From: Raillietiella orientalis
Lineage: Eukaryota
NCBI GenBank assembly: GCA_036172245.1
Contig: JAYWIR010000027.1
Span: 1,054,001 to 1,118,000 of the forward strand
Length of the DNA stretch: 64,000 nt
Reading direction: 5' to 3'
Shown here: in pieces, positions 34,901 to 48,059 of the stretch
How the letters are laid out: the number at the start of each line of letters is the position of its first letter
Numbering within the stretch: position 1 is the first letter of the stretch
Notes under the pieces: model-generated
Database searches by the model: none
Seen by the model: the letters and a program-made list of their open reading frames with translations, nothing else
What the model was told of the DNA's origin: nothing
Position numbers and translations under genes: made by a program

Positions 34901-36689
34901 CTTGCCAGCACCGACCCTTTCTGCGCGGAATGTCTGTGCCCTTCCCTCCTTCGCCTCCTGACCGCACAGAAGCTCGCTCGGCACTTCCTTCACTTGACGC
35001 TCCTCGCCTTCCATGCCAGAGGTGGTGGTGGACCTCTGTGGCTGCCTGCCAGAGCTCCCTAAGCTCTCCGGGCTTTGGCAGGAACCACCACCGCCATTCG
35101 TTCCCCTCTTTCCGTTTGTTTGCGGCCCGAAGACACGACGGCCCCCCGGCGGGCCGGGTGTCGCAAGAAGCGGGGAGCGCCATGATCCGCGACGACGATC
35201 GGGCAGTTCATTCGTCTGCCGCTTGGGGCGCTCTAACGCGCCGGCCGCGGAGCACCGAAGGCATCACGCCGTTCGGCGCGTTCGCTCCCGCACCTGCAAG
35301 GAGGCAACGTTGCCCCTCCCCACCAGCTAGCTGTAATCACTCGAGGGAAGGAAAGAGCAAGGAATCGTCTCCTTCCACCGCTCTTCCTACAGCTGTTTCC
35401 TGGCAACCCAGTTTTCCCTTGAAGAAACCCAGACTTGCTGCAGATCTCTCGACTCTGGCCTTCAATCCCGATGGGATGGCCCCCCTTTTCTGGCCTACAC
35501 TCATGTGCTGCTGTTCTGTTCTCTGGCATGCTCGCGCGGCATCGCGGCATTATGGAAACGGAACGTTAGGGAAACCGTCACACGAATGAGGCATGCAACG
35601 ACCTCGGTCATCAGCGTTTCGAGAGCACCAAACCAAAGGCAGATCGGTTGCAAGCAGCCAGTGGCGAAGTGTCTTAGAAGGCGTCTCTTGGCAAACATCA
35701 TCCCATTCGAAATGTGCTTGTTATCTGAGGGAGAGAAGAGCGACACTTTCGGCACGTCCCTAATGGGGGAGCGACTTCTTCTCCCCTCCTTTCATTTACC
35801 TCTATTTGCACGAGAGTTGCACGTGATTAGCACTCGAGAGCTCTCCACCGTAGGCGCGGGAAGCGCGACCCCATGACCGACCTGCGGCCAACCTCCGTCG
35901 GTCCACTCAGCATTTTCCGGTGAGCGCCGAACTGCACCCTCCGCTTCCTCGCTTCACGGGAGGATCAAGCGCTCCCATCACGTCTCCGCGACACGAAGTT
36001 CCCACACACCGGCAGTGGCTCCTCCATCTCCCCGCCCTCCTAGGAGCGCCACTCCGAGGCAATCTTCGCCAACGGCCTTGGCACCTAGAAACGCTTCGTC
36101 TCTTCCTTTCCCCCTTCCTCTGGGGGTGCTGCTTCTCGGCGTGCCCAGCTCGTGGTCGTGCCTCTAATCCGGAACCCTCTTCCTTCTCGGGGACGGATGG
36201 ACCCCGACCACGGCTGCTGTCAGAGGAAGACTCGGCGGCTGCCTGCATTCGCCCGCTCGAGGCTCCGCTCCGCGAGGCATGAAGGTGCCAACGCATATTC
36301 CCCTTCCTCAAGGTCGCGTTTTTCCTAGATCTTTGGACGGGACTATCCCGTCTCCAAGTCCACCGCATCACAACTTTTCCTTCTTTTCGGTGCGCATGCC
36401 GGCCATTGCAGAGTCGGTGAAGGGGAGAGACGCCAGGGGGCGTCTTCCCGTTTCTTCGAAGGCGAGGAGACGGGAGCCGCCACCGCTTTTCCCCCGAGGT
36501 GCTTTCTCTTCGCTTGACTAGAGCAGCATTAATTGCCAATCTCGCACCACCGAGAGCTTCCGGGGGGAAGCCTCGCGGTCTCCTCTTCCGGCCTATCGGT
36601 TCGCCGAACGAGCTGGGACTCAAAGCAGGGTTTCTTCTTGTCTTCACGCGCAGCTTCCGGGTTGGCTCTGCAAGGCGAGTTCGGTGAGA

Positions 36690-37250
36690 CCTCCCTCCGG
36701 CCATCAGGGGCGGTCATGCACTCGGAAGAAGCCCCCAAGGACGAAGGATGGAACCCCCAGCGCTCCACGCTATTACGCAGAAACCTCTGACGTCGCCGAG
36801 GAGGAGGCGCTGCGCGGGGCGGGGAAGAAGATCGGCAGCGAAGGAAATGGGCTCAGGGCTCGGGCGCCTCCGTGCTGCGCGGCAAGAAGCAGCCTCCAGG
36901 CACAGCGCTACCGCTTCGCCCGCGGTGCTTTACGTCAGCGGATGCGCCAGAAGCCGCCTGCTCTCGACCTCGGAGGGCACGCACGGGAGACGTCCTGGTT
37001 TGGGTTCTCCTGACTCCCAGCATCCGGTTGTCCCACCGAAATCCCTCCGGCGGTTGCGCGCCCCGACCGTGCCGGCTACTGGCGCGCGCCAGCATCCTCC
37101 CATTCATGCTTCCAGCCGTGGAGCGGAGGAAACGCTCTCGCCGTCCGTCGGGTCGCGCGATCCCGCGGACCCTGCGCCACCCCTGCCGAAGCCGGCGCTT
37201 CTCTCGTGGCCGAAAGGAGAGGCAAGCAAGGCGGACGGCCCCGGGGGAGG
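36690..37250 (+). mobile_element. Decayed R1-like LINE RT fragment
   Basis: GAGKKIG, LQAQRYRFARG (L...QYGFR.G) and SLRRLRAPTVP, in RT order. Confidence 0.4.
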
Positions 37251-38509
37251 CAGGTGGGGCGAGCGAGGGGAGAGAATCCGTTTCAGGACGGCAGCATTCC
37301 GGAGCCACCGCCTCACAGGACCGGCTCTCGGAAGCCGCAACGAGCACCCGCCTTTCCTCCCCGGCCCGGACTCCCCGAAAACCACGTGGGGGAAATCGCG
37401 GCAGGGACGGCGCTCGCGAGGTCGCAGCCATCGGACGGACACCGAAGAAACGGCGCACCGGGCGACCTCGCGTGGGCGACGGACCGCGCTGGCTGGACCG
37501 CGGCGCTTCTCCTTGAGGGCAGGCAGCGGAGACGATGCCCTTCCGCGGCGGGTTCGCATGCACCCCTTTGGCGCTGAGCGAATTGCTGCCTCGTCTCCCT
37601 CTCCTCTTCTCCTCGAGATTGAGGGCGTCCGCTCCGTGGGGGCCGGATGCTGCGCGGGACCAAGCGACCGCCGAGGCCTTCGTGAAGATCGGGAATTCTG
37701 GCGACTTTCTGGCTGGCGGCGCGTCGAGCGACCATCCACGTCTGTCCGCAGTGCACTCGAGGATTTCACGGCGGGCCGGGGTCTCCTGGCGAAGCCGAAC
37801 TCACCACCCCGAGGTCGAAGGGTCACCCTTGGCCGCTGCTCCTCACATGAAGGGAGGCAGACGTTTCCTCTTCTTTTGTCGTTCCCGCCTTGGCTGTAGC
37901 TGTGGGGCCCGAGGGCGACGTCCCCTCTCCGCCACCCCGCTCTCGTTCCACGGGCGGAAGTGTCCTGCAGGATGCTGGTCTCTCGATGCCCATGGACCCT
38001 GCCTGCCGCGGCAGGCTCTTCTCAAGGCCGTCCTCAACGCTTTCGCGTCCACCGCGGCTGTTCCCAGCGTCGGCGCTGGGCAGGGGAGGGGGGGACGCCA
38101 CCATTAGGGCGATCAGGAAATTAGCAGAAGGGGAGGGAGGAGGAGGAGGGGAGAAGGCGAGGAGCCCGCGTGAATTATGCTCACGGCTCCACTCCACTTT
38201 GCCAGGATTCATTAGACGGCAAGTCCCTCAGCCCCTAATCCCCTCTCCACCCCCCTCTCTCCCTCCCTGTCCCTGGCGACGGATTATGGGAGAGATCTGT
38301 GGATTTATGCCTCTCGCGTGGAGAGAGACTTCGTTCCCCTTCCACCTCCGCGTAAGATCCGGGATGCGTCAGAGGATGGAGGAAATCTCCTACCGTGGTC
38401 ACGGGTTTTCCACCCGGTTGCGACGGGGCATCGATTATTGAAACAATAATAAAAGTACAATAATGAAAATGCAAGTCTGTGATGGAGCACGTGGTTCTGT
38501 CACGTGCGT

Positions 38510-39330
38510 GGTTCCCGCCGAAGGCTCGTGTGCAGACCGGCGAGGTCCGCTTCGGCAGCGGAGGGGAAGGGAAGAAAAAACCCGGGAAAGGAAAGGAAGG
38601 AAACGGGAAAAAAAAGGGGGGGGGGGGACGGGAAAATTTCCCTCTGGGTGCGGGGAGAGGGAAGATTAGGGAAAGGATCCCTGCTCTGCATCCTGTGCGG
38701 GATGCTGACAAGTTCTGTACTTGAGTTGCCTAGGTGGGGCCACCTCGTGGGATGACCCTAAAGGGGATTCCCGACCAGCGGATGGCATCCCTTCCATCCC
38801 TGCCTCTTCTCGCAGCGTTCCCGGCCGCCGCCATCCTGCGAAGGCAGCGGAGGAACCGCGAGGCACGCGGGTGACGGCGGAGTGGCACGCACGAAGACCC
38901 CACGTTTCAAAATGTTCCTGGGGCTGCCCACTGGGAGGCAGGTGCACACCTGCCCCACCCCACAGATTCCCTCCCCGGGTCCAGTGCTGAAGGCACGCTT
39001 CGCATGGGACTTCCCGATGCAAAACCGGCAGCGCCGACTCCCGCCACTCAAGAGGGAGGGTGCCACTGTTCCAGCACGCGGGTAGCCACTTCCAGTCCTC
39101 CGGAGAGATCACGGGCAGCTCTCCGCAGCGTAGAAGTCCTTTGGGTGGGACATTCGCGGTTGAAGAGTCCGTGATCCCCTGAGCTAACCACGCACCCAGA
39201 AGTTTCTTCCTTGCTGCGATGCAGCAGGACGTCCCCCACCTTGCTGGGAAGACGAGACCCCGTGCGCGGGCGCGCAGGCCACAGGAGGATTCCTTCTGCA
39301 ATCGCGAGTGGATTGTGGCCGACGTCGGAG
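38510..39330 (-). mobile_element. L1/Tx1-like family 3' end copy with 3' UTR
   Basis: WNSGTLPLEWRESALPVLHREVPCEACLQHWTRG, plus a T-rich tail on the element strand and the shared UTR motif. Confidence 0.75.
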
Positions 39331-39849
39331 GCTGGCAGCCGATGGGGGTCCGGCTACCGCTGACAGAGCGTTTTGCCGCTCCCCGATGAACCGCTGCAAA
39401 CGCGCAGACGCCGGCGGCCGTCGAGGAGGAACGAGGAGGAGGAGGAACGGGAAAGGAGAGGACGGAGAGGGGAGGGGGAAGGAGAGGAGGCCGCAAACTC
39501 TGGGTGCGCGGTTCGGGGCAGCTGCGGGTTCGGGGGGTTCGCCCCGAAAGGGGTGCGGTCCCTGTTCTTCACGGCCAGTTTCCTGTGCTCTTCCGTGGAA
39601 CCCCGGAGTCTCCCTTACCTGTGGACAACCCCAGACGTTCGCAAATATCGACGTCTCAGAGAGGGAATGCGTACAGGATTTCTCGTTCCGAGTCTCAGCT
39701 TTCTCTTTCCAAAGTCAGCCGGGATGAAGTCCCAGCGTCGCGGCCACTTTGTCCTTCGCCACTTCGTCGGTTCCTCATTCCTGGCAGCGATCGGGACGTC
39801 TCGCCAGCCTGCCGACACTTGAGAAAAAAGGGGAAAAAAAGAGAACCGA

Positions 39850-40040
39850 GAGGATGCGAACACATTAAGTAGAACCTGCTGCATCCCGATCTGGTCCCGG
39901 AGCAAACCGAGGGAGCATTTTCCGATCAAGCAGAGAGACGCTCCCGGGGGCAGACGCAGGAACAAAGGTGGATCGGCGTCAGGTTCAACTGAGGGAGGCT
40001 GCGTCCGCGTCAAGGTGCTGGTTGCACATGTCGCTCCGGG
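39850..40040 (+). pseudogene. Short bunyavirus-like L remnant
   Basis: IPIWSRSKPREH parallels TTWTTGAKTRLH (14.07 kb), and DRRQVQLRE parallels QYSQVQLRS (21.13 kb). Confidence 0.4.
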
Positions 40041-41754
40041 GTGGACCTCCGCTGAGGGGGAGGAGCGTGTCCCTCTTCCTGCTCGCCACCTCCGCGCGAC
40101 GCCAGAGGAGCGGAAAGTCCCGCGTCTCTTCCGCTCTCCTGCCGGTCGCTCCCGGCGCCGGGATGGGCCGGAGCCGGGAGGCGAGAAACCTCGAACGAAC
40201 TCGTCCTCCCCCGTTTATCCTCCCCCTCCTTCCCATTTCTTCTTCCACAACCATCACTTCGCGAGGAAGCACCTCCAGCTGCGCGGAGGAAGCACATCGG
40301 TCGCCTCCTTCCCCATCCCCTTTCGCTTGGGACCTTCCCCGTCCTCGAATCGGCGAACGGGTGCAGTCCCCAAGGCCTCTTCATGATCTTCTCGAACACT
40401 TCACCCTCATTCGGGGCGCTTGCATTATTCATGGCGGTCTACATAAGCGATTTAGCCTTCTAATTGCCGGTCGTTTCCATTATTTAGATCCTTCAATCCC
40501 TCCCCGCCCCCCTCTCCCCCCTTCCTGTCGCCCCGCCTCTTAGCGCTCGGGACGCGCGTGTATTCTCGGGATGGCAGCCGGCACCTTTCTCGTGAACGAG
40601 TTCTTGTTCCTCTGACGTCAGCATGACAGGAAACGCCTTCGGATATCGGAACGTTGGAGCAGAGTCCCCGCTTGGGGGGGAGGGAGACCTCTAGTGTGGC
40701 CGCGCTACCACCGGCAGAGAAGCAGGAGACGACCCCGGGCATGCCCGTGTTCCGCGGCTGGAGCGGGCGTGGCGAAAAAGGGGGTGGCAGAGACGCAAAC
40801 GGAGCCGCCCATCCGGGAGCGCGGCTGCGAGATCGGGTGGACTCCAACGGAGGAGGATGGGTCGAAGGAACCGACCGCATGACCTCTCCTTCCTTCAGCC
40901 GGTCGACCGCGGTTCGCACTCGGCAGAGTTTTCGCTGACTCCGGCGCCTGGGTCGAAAGGAACGAGGAGCCGTTCAGCCATGTCTGGCCGGTGCGACGCT
41001 TCCCGGGGCAACTTCCTGTGGGGACTCGCAGAGGCCTGGAATTGCAAGCCTGCCCGTGGGACGTGGCCGTGGGATCACCTCGTTCCCTCCCGAATTTCCC
41101 CTCGGGGCAGCTGGCACCCGTCGAAGGCGAGGGAGACAGACCCGTTCTTCCGGGATGCGAAATGACCTCGACCTACCTAGTATCCTGCTTGCCCGAACCC
41201 TCGTCAGCTCGGAACGTCGGGAGCCACGAGCGCCCGGCGCCAAGCGGCGCTGGCGCTGCAGGGCGAACCGAACGCCCGACGCACTGTCCCTCCGATCCCG
41301 CGAGAAGTGCTGGTTGCCAAGGCCACGGGTACCTGCGGTCGGCTGCGAGCCGACCCCGATGCAACATGCAGGTGGCTGCAAGGGACGATGGGGGACCCGC
41401 ACGCCTGCGCTCTCTAGCGCTTCGGACAGGAGGTACCCGGCGGGCGAGGGCAGCTCACCATCGAAGTCGCCCTCGACGGGAAGCAGGGTGCGTTCAGGGA
41501 GGCGAAGAGGTCTCAAGTCACCACCCACTCGCCAAGGAGTCGCCAAGGCCGCACCGAAGGCGCACCGCCGACCGGTCCGGACGGACTCTGAGCTCCGGGC
41601 AGCGAGAACGCCTGCCTGCCAGGCGACCGAAGCGGGAGGAAACCGCGAGGCGCCCGGAATTCGCGACGCCGCGGCCCCGGTCGGGAACGAAAGGGAGACG
41701 CCACCGCCTTGGTCCCCGCCGGGCTGCGTCAAGACACCTCGGAAGCACGGACCG

Positions 41755-41870
41755 TCTGTCTATCTATCTATTTATCTATCTATCGATCGATCGATGGATC
41801 TGTCTATCCATCTATCTATCTATCCATTCATCCATCTATTTATTTATCTATATATGCATCTATGTATCCA
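41755..41870. repeat. (TATC)n/(TCCA)n microsatellite
   Basis: Directly visible. Confidence 0.95.
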
Positions 41871-44800
41871 GTGGTTTGAACGGGCGCGTCCGGGCTGAAA
41901 CCGGAGCGTCACCCATTCCAAGGGGTGAGCGCACGCGACCCTGCTGGATGTGGGTCGGTTCCCTCCGGGCAGCAGCTCCTCACCGTTCGTCTCTGCTGCG
42001 ACGCCTCGGCTATCGTGTTTACTGTATCATCTGAGACAGTCGTTGAACAGAATGGAAAGAAGAGGAGAGAGGCGCTCGCGGGGACGGACGTGGTTCTCTC
42101 TCAATGGACGTCTCGCCGGGACTTTCTGCAGAGAAATCGGAGTGAACGCCGTGTCACGGGCATCGAAGCGCCGAATTTCCTTTCCGTCCGGTTCGACCGC
42201 TCCGGGTCCTACGGGAGGAGGATGCATCCCCGCTCGTTTTACAACCTTCGATATCAGGGAATCGAGCGGTTCCCTACGGAATCTGCTTATTGCGCCCACT
42301 TTATAGTCCGGGGTTACTTTTAAGGTTATGAATAATTAGAGGCCGTAATAAAGCCGTCATTATGGAGTATTCCATGCGACGAAACTTCTAGAAATTCCGT
42401 TCCGAGAGCGGATGTTTTCGCTGTCGAATTTACTTCGTGCTTTTATGGATGGAACCGAGTGGTGGTTGGTGCTTGAGGATGGTAAAAATGCAGGCGGAGA
42501 GGAGGACGTCATTGATGGGCATAATGGAGACGGCTCAAGACGCTCAACACTGCGCGTATTGCGGTATTTCGCGTGGGAGGTTTCGTTCCGGAAGCTTCGT
42601 CTTGAGGCGCTGGGCGCACAAGGTGAAAGTGGGAGTAGGGGCGTCCTGAGCCAACCCGTTTTCAAACAAACGAACCGCTTCCTGATTCTTCTTGAAGTCT
42701 AAGTGAATCCCCAGTCATGGAAAGGGCGAACCGCCCGGAAGGAGCTCGCAAGAGTTGGGGGACGACTGCACGGAAACCAAAGGGAAGTTTGCATCCGGGA
42801 ATGCGAGAGAATTGGGAGCGAACTGCCGTCCACATGCATGCAGGATCCACAGAAGAAGGGAATTCGCGCACCCCAAGAATGCTTAGGGGCTCTCATTGGC
42901 AAGGCTTCAGCATCCGGTAGAAAAAAAAAAAAAAGAGGAGGGAAAGAAACTGCGTGTGTGTGCCTTGGTGTCACGCAGTCGCATGTCCGTCTTTAAGTGG
43001 TGCTTAGTGCCGCGCGAACGCCATGCTCACGGCCGCCAAGAGGCAAACGGCACCTGAAGTTCCTAGGCGACCTCCCATCCAGGTGCCAACCGGTCCCGAC
43101 GCTGCTTCACTTCGCCGATCGAACGAGAGGCGGTGCTTTCAGCGTGGTATGGCCGTTCCCCACGTGGTGCATGAACCGTCGAGCCCGCCGCCTCGCGGTG
43201 TGATTTGAAATGCTGCATCCCTCAGAGTCAAAGCGGCCCCCGTCTTCCTCCCGAGCAGCCGATTCATCCACGGGTTCTCCAGGAAGAAGTCACGGGAGAA
43301 AAGAGGTGTACGTCTAGCTTCCGAGCGAGCGAGTCGCGACGCGCGTGACGTCACGAATTTTATTTTTACGAAGGGGGCGCGCCGCGCACCGGCTCATGGG
43401 AAGTACGCGTCCGGTGGGAAGGCTCCTACCGTGCAATGCAGCGCGTGCCTCCTGCTCCCCTCTTCCTCCTCCTCCTCCTTCCTTTCCTCCTCCTTTCCTC
43501 CTTTCTTCCTTTCTCCCGCCTTCCCTCCTCCCTTTCTCCTCCTCCAGTCGGCACGCATTCACGCACAGAAGCTGGACCGAGGTTCCTCCCGGAAGATTTT
43601 CACCGAGGGAGCGAGGGAAACTTCCTGGTTTCGGGGGAAGCAGAGGAAGCGAGCTGCGAAAGAGTAGGCGGAGGGCGTTGGCGGCTGGTCCCGAAGACCC
43701 CTCTCCTGGAAGGTTTGAAGCTGTTGTTAGCATCCGCACAGAACGTCCCCATTCAAGGGTGAGGGTTCGCCCCCCTCCCTCCATTCTCGCCCGGGAACTC
43801 GGCTTTCAGAACCGGCTGGCTTCAGAGCCGTTGGTCGGAGCAGCAGCCCGGCGCCCTCGGGGCTGCCTGCTTGGTTTCCCAACTCCACCATCTCTCTCTA
43901 TTCACGTCCACGGGACTTATCCTCTGATGCTCCCATAGGATACTGGGCTCCAAAGAGGAGTTCGCGTCCCGGAAGTATCAATCTTCCACCACGTGGCCAC
44001 GATGGAATCATTCCGACGTGCTGCTTGATCATGAACATGCCGGCCCCAACCACGTGACGCCTCGCTCCGACAGAAGGCGCGCGAATCAGCGGAGGAGCCT
44101 GTGGGCCGCTACGCCCAGCGCCAATTGCTCTGCTTGTGGGGGTCCCCTCGCTGCCAAAAAGCCCAGGGCGAGAAGCTGCCCGCGTGCAATAGTGCATCGA
44201 GGACCTGCGAGGGCTCCGCAACTGCTGGCAGCTTCAAGTGCTGAAGAACCATCCGCCTCCTTAGTGGGAGGTCACGAAGCTCTGACGCTGTCCACGCAGC
44301 CAGAGACTGCCTGTCACTCTTCAAGTTAAGAACTACCCTACGAATCCAGGAAGGGCTCGAGCGAACGGGGTCCTTTCCCCTTACGCTTGGGAAGAGAACC
44401 CCGGAGGAACCCCCAGAGGGGGTCGCTCCCTCTTTCCTCCTCTGAAGAGAGACCCCCGAAGGGACGCCTCTCAATTCCTCTGAAGGGTCGCTCCTCGAAG
44501 CTCAGCGCGCTTCCTGCACACCCTGGAGAGGTGTCATCGGCTCCATGGTGCGCGATGGAGGGAACCCCCCTTACGGAGGGGTGGGGGAGGACCCATTTTC
44601 GCAACCAGAGGGAAACCCGGAAAGGCTCCTCGAGCTCCTCGATTCCTGGAAGGCTTGGCCTCGAGTCAACGGGGACATCCGGTTTCCGACTTTTGCCAGT
44701 GATAGACCCGGATAGACCAGCAAGCACCATGCTGCGGGGGGGGGGGGCTCGGAAGCCTACGACGTCTCCTCGGCCCCCCGCGATTTCTCTGACGTCGTCG

Positions 44801-45774
44801 GTCTTTTCCCCTGAGCGGAATTCGAACCCGCGACGGACGGACTCAGGGCTGCGCGCGGGGACCACATCTCAGGAGAGCTCCCCGGGTTGAAACAGATGTC
44901 GTCCCTGCTCGGAGCAGCGAATCTTCCTCGAAAGAGGTCAAAACTCTCTATTTGATGTAAGCGGATATCTGCCCCCCCCCTCCCCCTTTTCTGTTGAGAC
45001 CCGCCCACGACGTCAGGGCTGCCGACCCACCCGTGCCCATGGCATGTTGCAATTCTCCGGGAAAGCCAGTTGCGCCGCAACCCACCGGGCACGTCCTGAC
45101 CCCGACTGGGTGTGCCGATTCATACCATTCACCCAGGAGTACCATACGCACGGCAGCTGGTACATCCAGGTCCGCACGTTGGCAGATGGCAGCCAGCGGC
45201 GTTTCGGCACGTTCATGGTGTTCGCACAGTGTACTGCGACCGACTGGACACATCCGTGTTCGCCCTACACCTTCGAGTCGACCCGCCCGAGAACACCCGC
45301 TCGTGAGCGACCGAAGTGTTCTCGAATCCCGGAGGAAAACCTCTAAGTGAAAAAGAGGGTGCGTGCGATCCTTAAAGTCAGGGGGGAAGGGAGGGAGGGA
45401 GACCCCGTAGGGACCACCCTAGAAATCCAGGAAGGACTCTGTAGGAAGAAGTCCGCTTGATAGAGAACCCCGAAGGGAGCCTTCGCCCTGGTCGTCTCCG
45501 GGGTGATGTCCACCGGGGTCCTTCCAGGAGATCAGGATTGAGGAGGTGGTTCCTTGATGGATTCCGGGAAACTCCAGAGGATGGGAGGGGGGGTGCACCA
45601 GCACCTGCAGAAAGCAGTAACTTTCGGCTGCCGAAAGATCCCTGAAGCTCCGGCCGCCCCCGTGGGAAGGCTCAGGAAGTAGGGGAGGGGGAAAAGGGGG
45701 AGGGGGACGTTTCAATGGCGCGCGGCGCAGAACACGGCGGGCAAAGCCTCGAAGACCTCCAGCGATGCTACAGC

Positions 45775-45907
45775 GAGAATCCCGCAGGGCGAAGGGACAT
45801 GCCGGTGCGCAACCTTGGAAACCGTGTGACCTGCACCTCCTTGGAAGGGGTACTCGAGCCGAGAGGTGAGCCATCAGCGTGTCCGCACCGCAACGACAAA
45901 GGGGAAG
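45775..45907 (+). mobile_element. RT-derived repeat, inverted partner of 48730-48862
   Basis: About 130 bp of high identity to the reverse complement of 48730-48862. Confidence 0.8.
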
Positions 45908-48059
45908 ATGGATGGATGCCTGAGTCATGCGCAGTTGCGCCTGTGACTCACGGATGCAGCGGACTCTGAAAGCAAATCCCGAAACGAAATGTAAACTCAG
46001 CAAGGGAACCGCGAGAGGTGGGATCAAAGCGGCGTTCGCAGCAAGCCTTTCGCGCTTGCAAAACGCTCTGCCAAGGGTTCGCCTGCCCGTGACGTCACGA
46101 ATTTATTTTTACGCTTCATAAATAGGCGAGACGCGCTGTACCGGCAGTGCATGGCCGATAGGAAGACGTGCGTGCGCTGGAATCGTGCATCCTTCCATCA
46201 GCTCGCCCTCGAGCCAGGCCCTGAGGTGGACGCTGCCGGAGCGCTACCACCGCTGCGGATTCGAAGCTGTCACTCCGGGTGCAAGCTGTTCCTGTTTCTC
46301 TCCCTTCTCCTCCAGGGAGCCTCCAGCTTGCGGCGCCCACGTTCTTTCAAGGTCACCCCTCCCTTCCTGCCTAACGTCCAGTGCCTCGCAGCGCACGGAC
46401 GTCAGCGTGTACCTCGTCGCTAGGGTGCGCCGGCGTCTCGTCACGGGCGAGCGCGCCCCCCACGCGTTCCACGTGACTCCAGCAGCAGCCGTGGCATCTC
46501 ACGGCGCACTTCTTGGCCATCCGGCGACGTGCCGGCGTGCACACGCGGTGCAGCAGCCGTGCTACAAAGCACGGGCACGCGTGCGGCACTGCGCCCGTCC
46601 CAAGGCGCCAGCAGTGCCTCTCGCAAAGGCGCGCGTTCTACGTCGCGGCTCCTAGCACCTTCCCGCCTCCTGCCAGAAGAGGAAGAAGAACCAGCGTGAT
46701 CGAGGTGCAGTCCATCCCAGGAGCACTTCTACTTGGGAGGGAGGGAGTCCGTGGAACACAAGAATGGAAGGCGACCGCTTGAAACCGTTCGTGCGTGTGT
46801 TTTTCCTCTTAGCTTATTCATCGCACCCTACTCTTCGTTTCAAGGTCTGTGGTGCTGTGGTAGGCTAGGTTTGAAGTGCCTCGTGATGTGCAGGAGGACC
46901 TCGCAAAGTGGACCCCACGGCGTGGCCTCACCTCTTGCTGACGCTCCGGCGTTTGTCCCCCAAGTGGAGGCTCGTGCGCAGTACCCGAGGGCAGATGGGT
47001 GGGAAGGATTGGGAGGACATGATGGGATGTGCTTGTTCGTTCTTAGTGCCGGAAACGTCTTCTCGAATGTGCCGGGAACAGAAGTGCCTCCCTAAACCAG
47101 CTCACCCCCTCCTTCCTCCAAACCTGCTCCAGGTGTTGCTTGCGAGGGAGAACCATCGAAGTTCTCGACCTTGCCAGGGGCAGCCGCAGAAGCGAATAGG
47201 GACCCGTTACCCGTAGCAACAGAACAAGCTCGCCCAGTCTGCAGAGCCGCGAGGGTCCTGTCTACCTACTAGCGCAAGCTGGCGCTACGCGAGATCCAAA
47301 CAAACAGTGCGGTATCCATGGAAACGGAAGCGCGCCTTCCGAAACACGTCTTCATCCTCAAGAGCTCTCGAGTTCAGATTCCTCTCGTTGCAAATCGATT
47401 ACGCGATGGAGGAAGAGGAACGGAGTGGGTCCAGAGCATCTGAAGCTGGGAAAGAAGGCGGTGCATCGGATGAGAATCGCCCTCAGGGGTCGGAATCGGA
47501 GAATGCGCCACCGCCTCAACCTGCGCCCACTCAGGTAGGCGCCCCCACTTCGCCGTCTGGCGCCTGTGTGGCGGCACCACGGAACCCTAACCGAAGGCCA
47601 TCCCAGGAAAGTGTAGCCGTAGTGAGGTCCAGCTGCTCGGAGATGTGCCGGGCGATGTGCGTGAATTCCCACGGTCACGAGGTCGGGGAGGCATGCGATT
47701 TCTGCGCGTCCGCCGGACAGCAACAGGTAAGGAACGGGCCGGGCGGAAGCTTTCTTTGAGATTCGCGTGCCCCTCCCCTCTCCCCTCCCCGGACAGCAGG
47801 GCGGCCACAGACCCGACTGCCAGTCCATGTGCAGGTGCGTCTGCAAGAACATCCTGGACGCTTCCCAGTGCCTCAGGAAGAGCTAGCCGCCGCCCCTCCC
47901 CGCACGTCCACAGCTCCATCCTGGGAGGCATCGAAATCGTCTGCGCGACGGGCTCAGCTCGGCCCGCTGACTCAACAATAAAAGCATCCCAAGAACAATC
48001 CTATAAATTACGGTCCTAAAGCCAGGAGCAGTTCCCGCCGGCGCGCGGTGGGAAGGAAC

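Noticed and set aside
36748..37899. Longest ORFs (383 aa here; also 58622-59755, 40991-42034, 23476-24495)
   Set aside because: GC-rich, overlapped by similarly long ORFs in other frames, and crossing unrelated repeat fragments, so they give no coherent protein.
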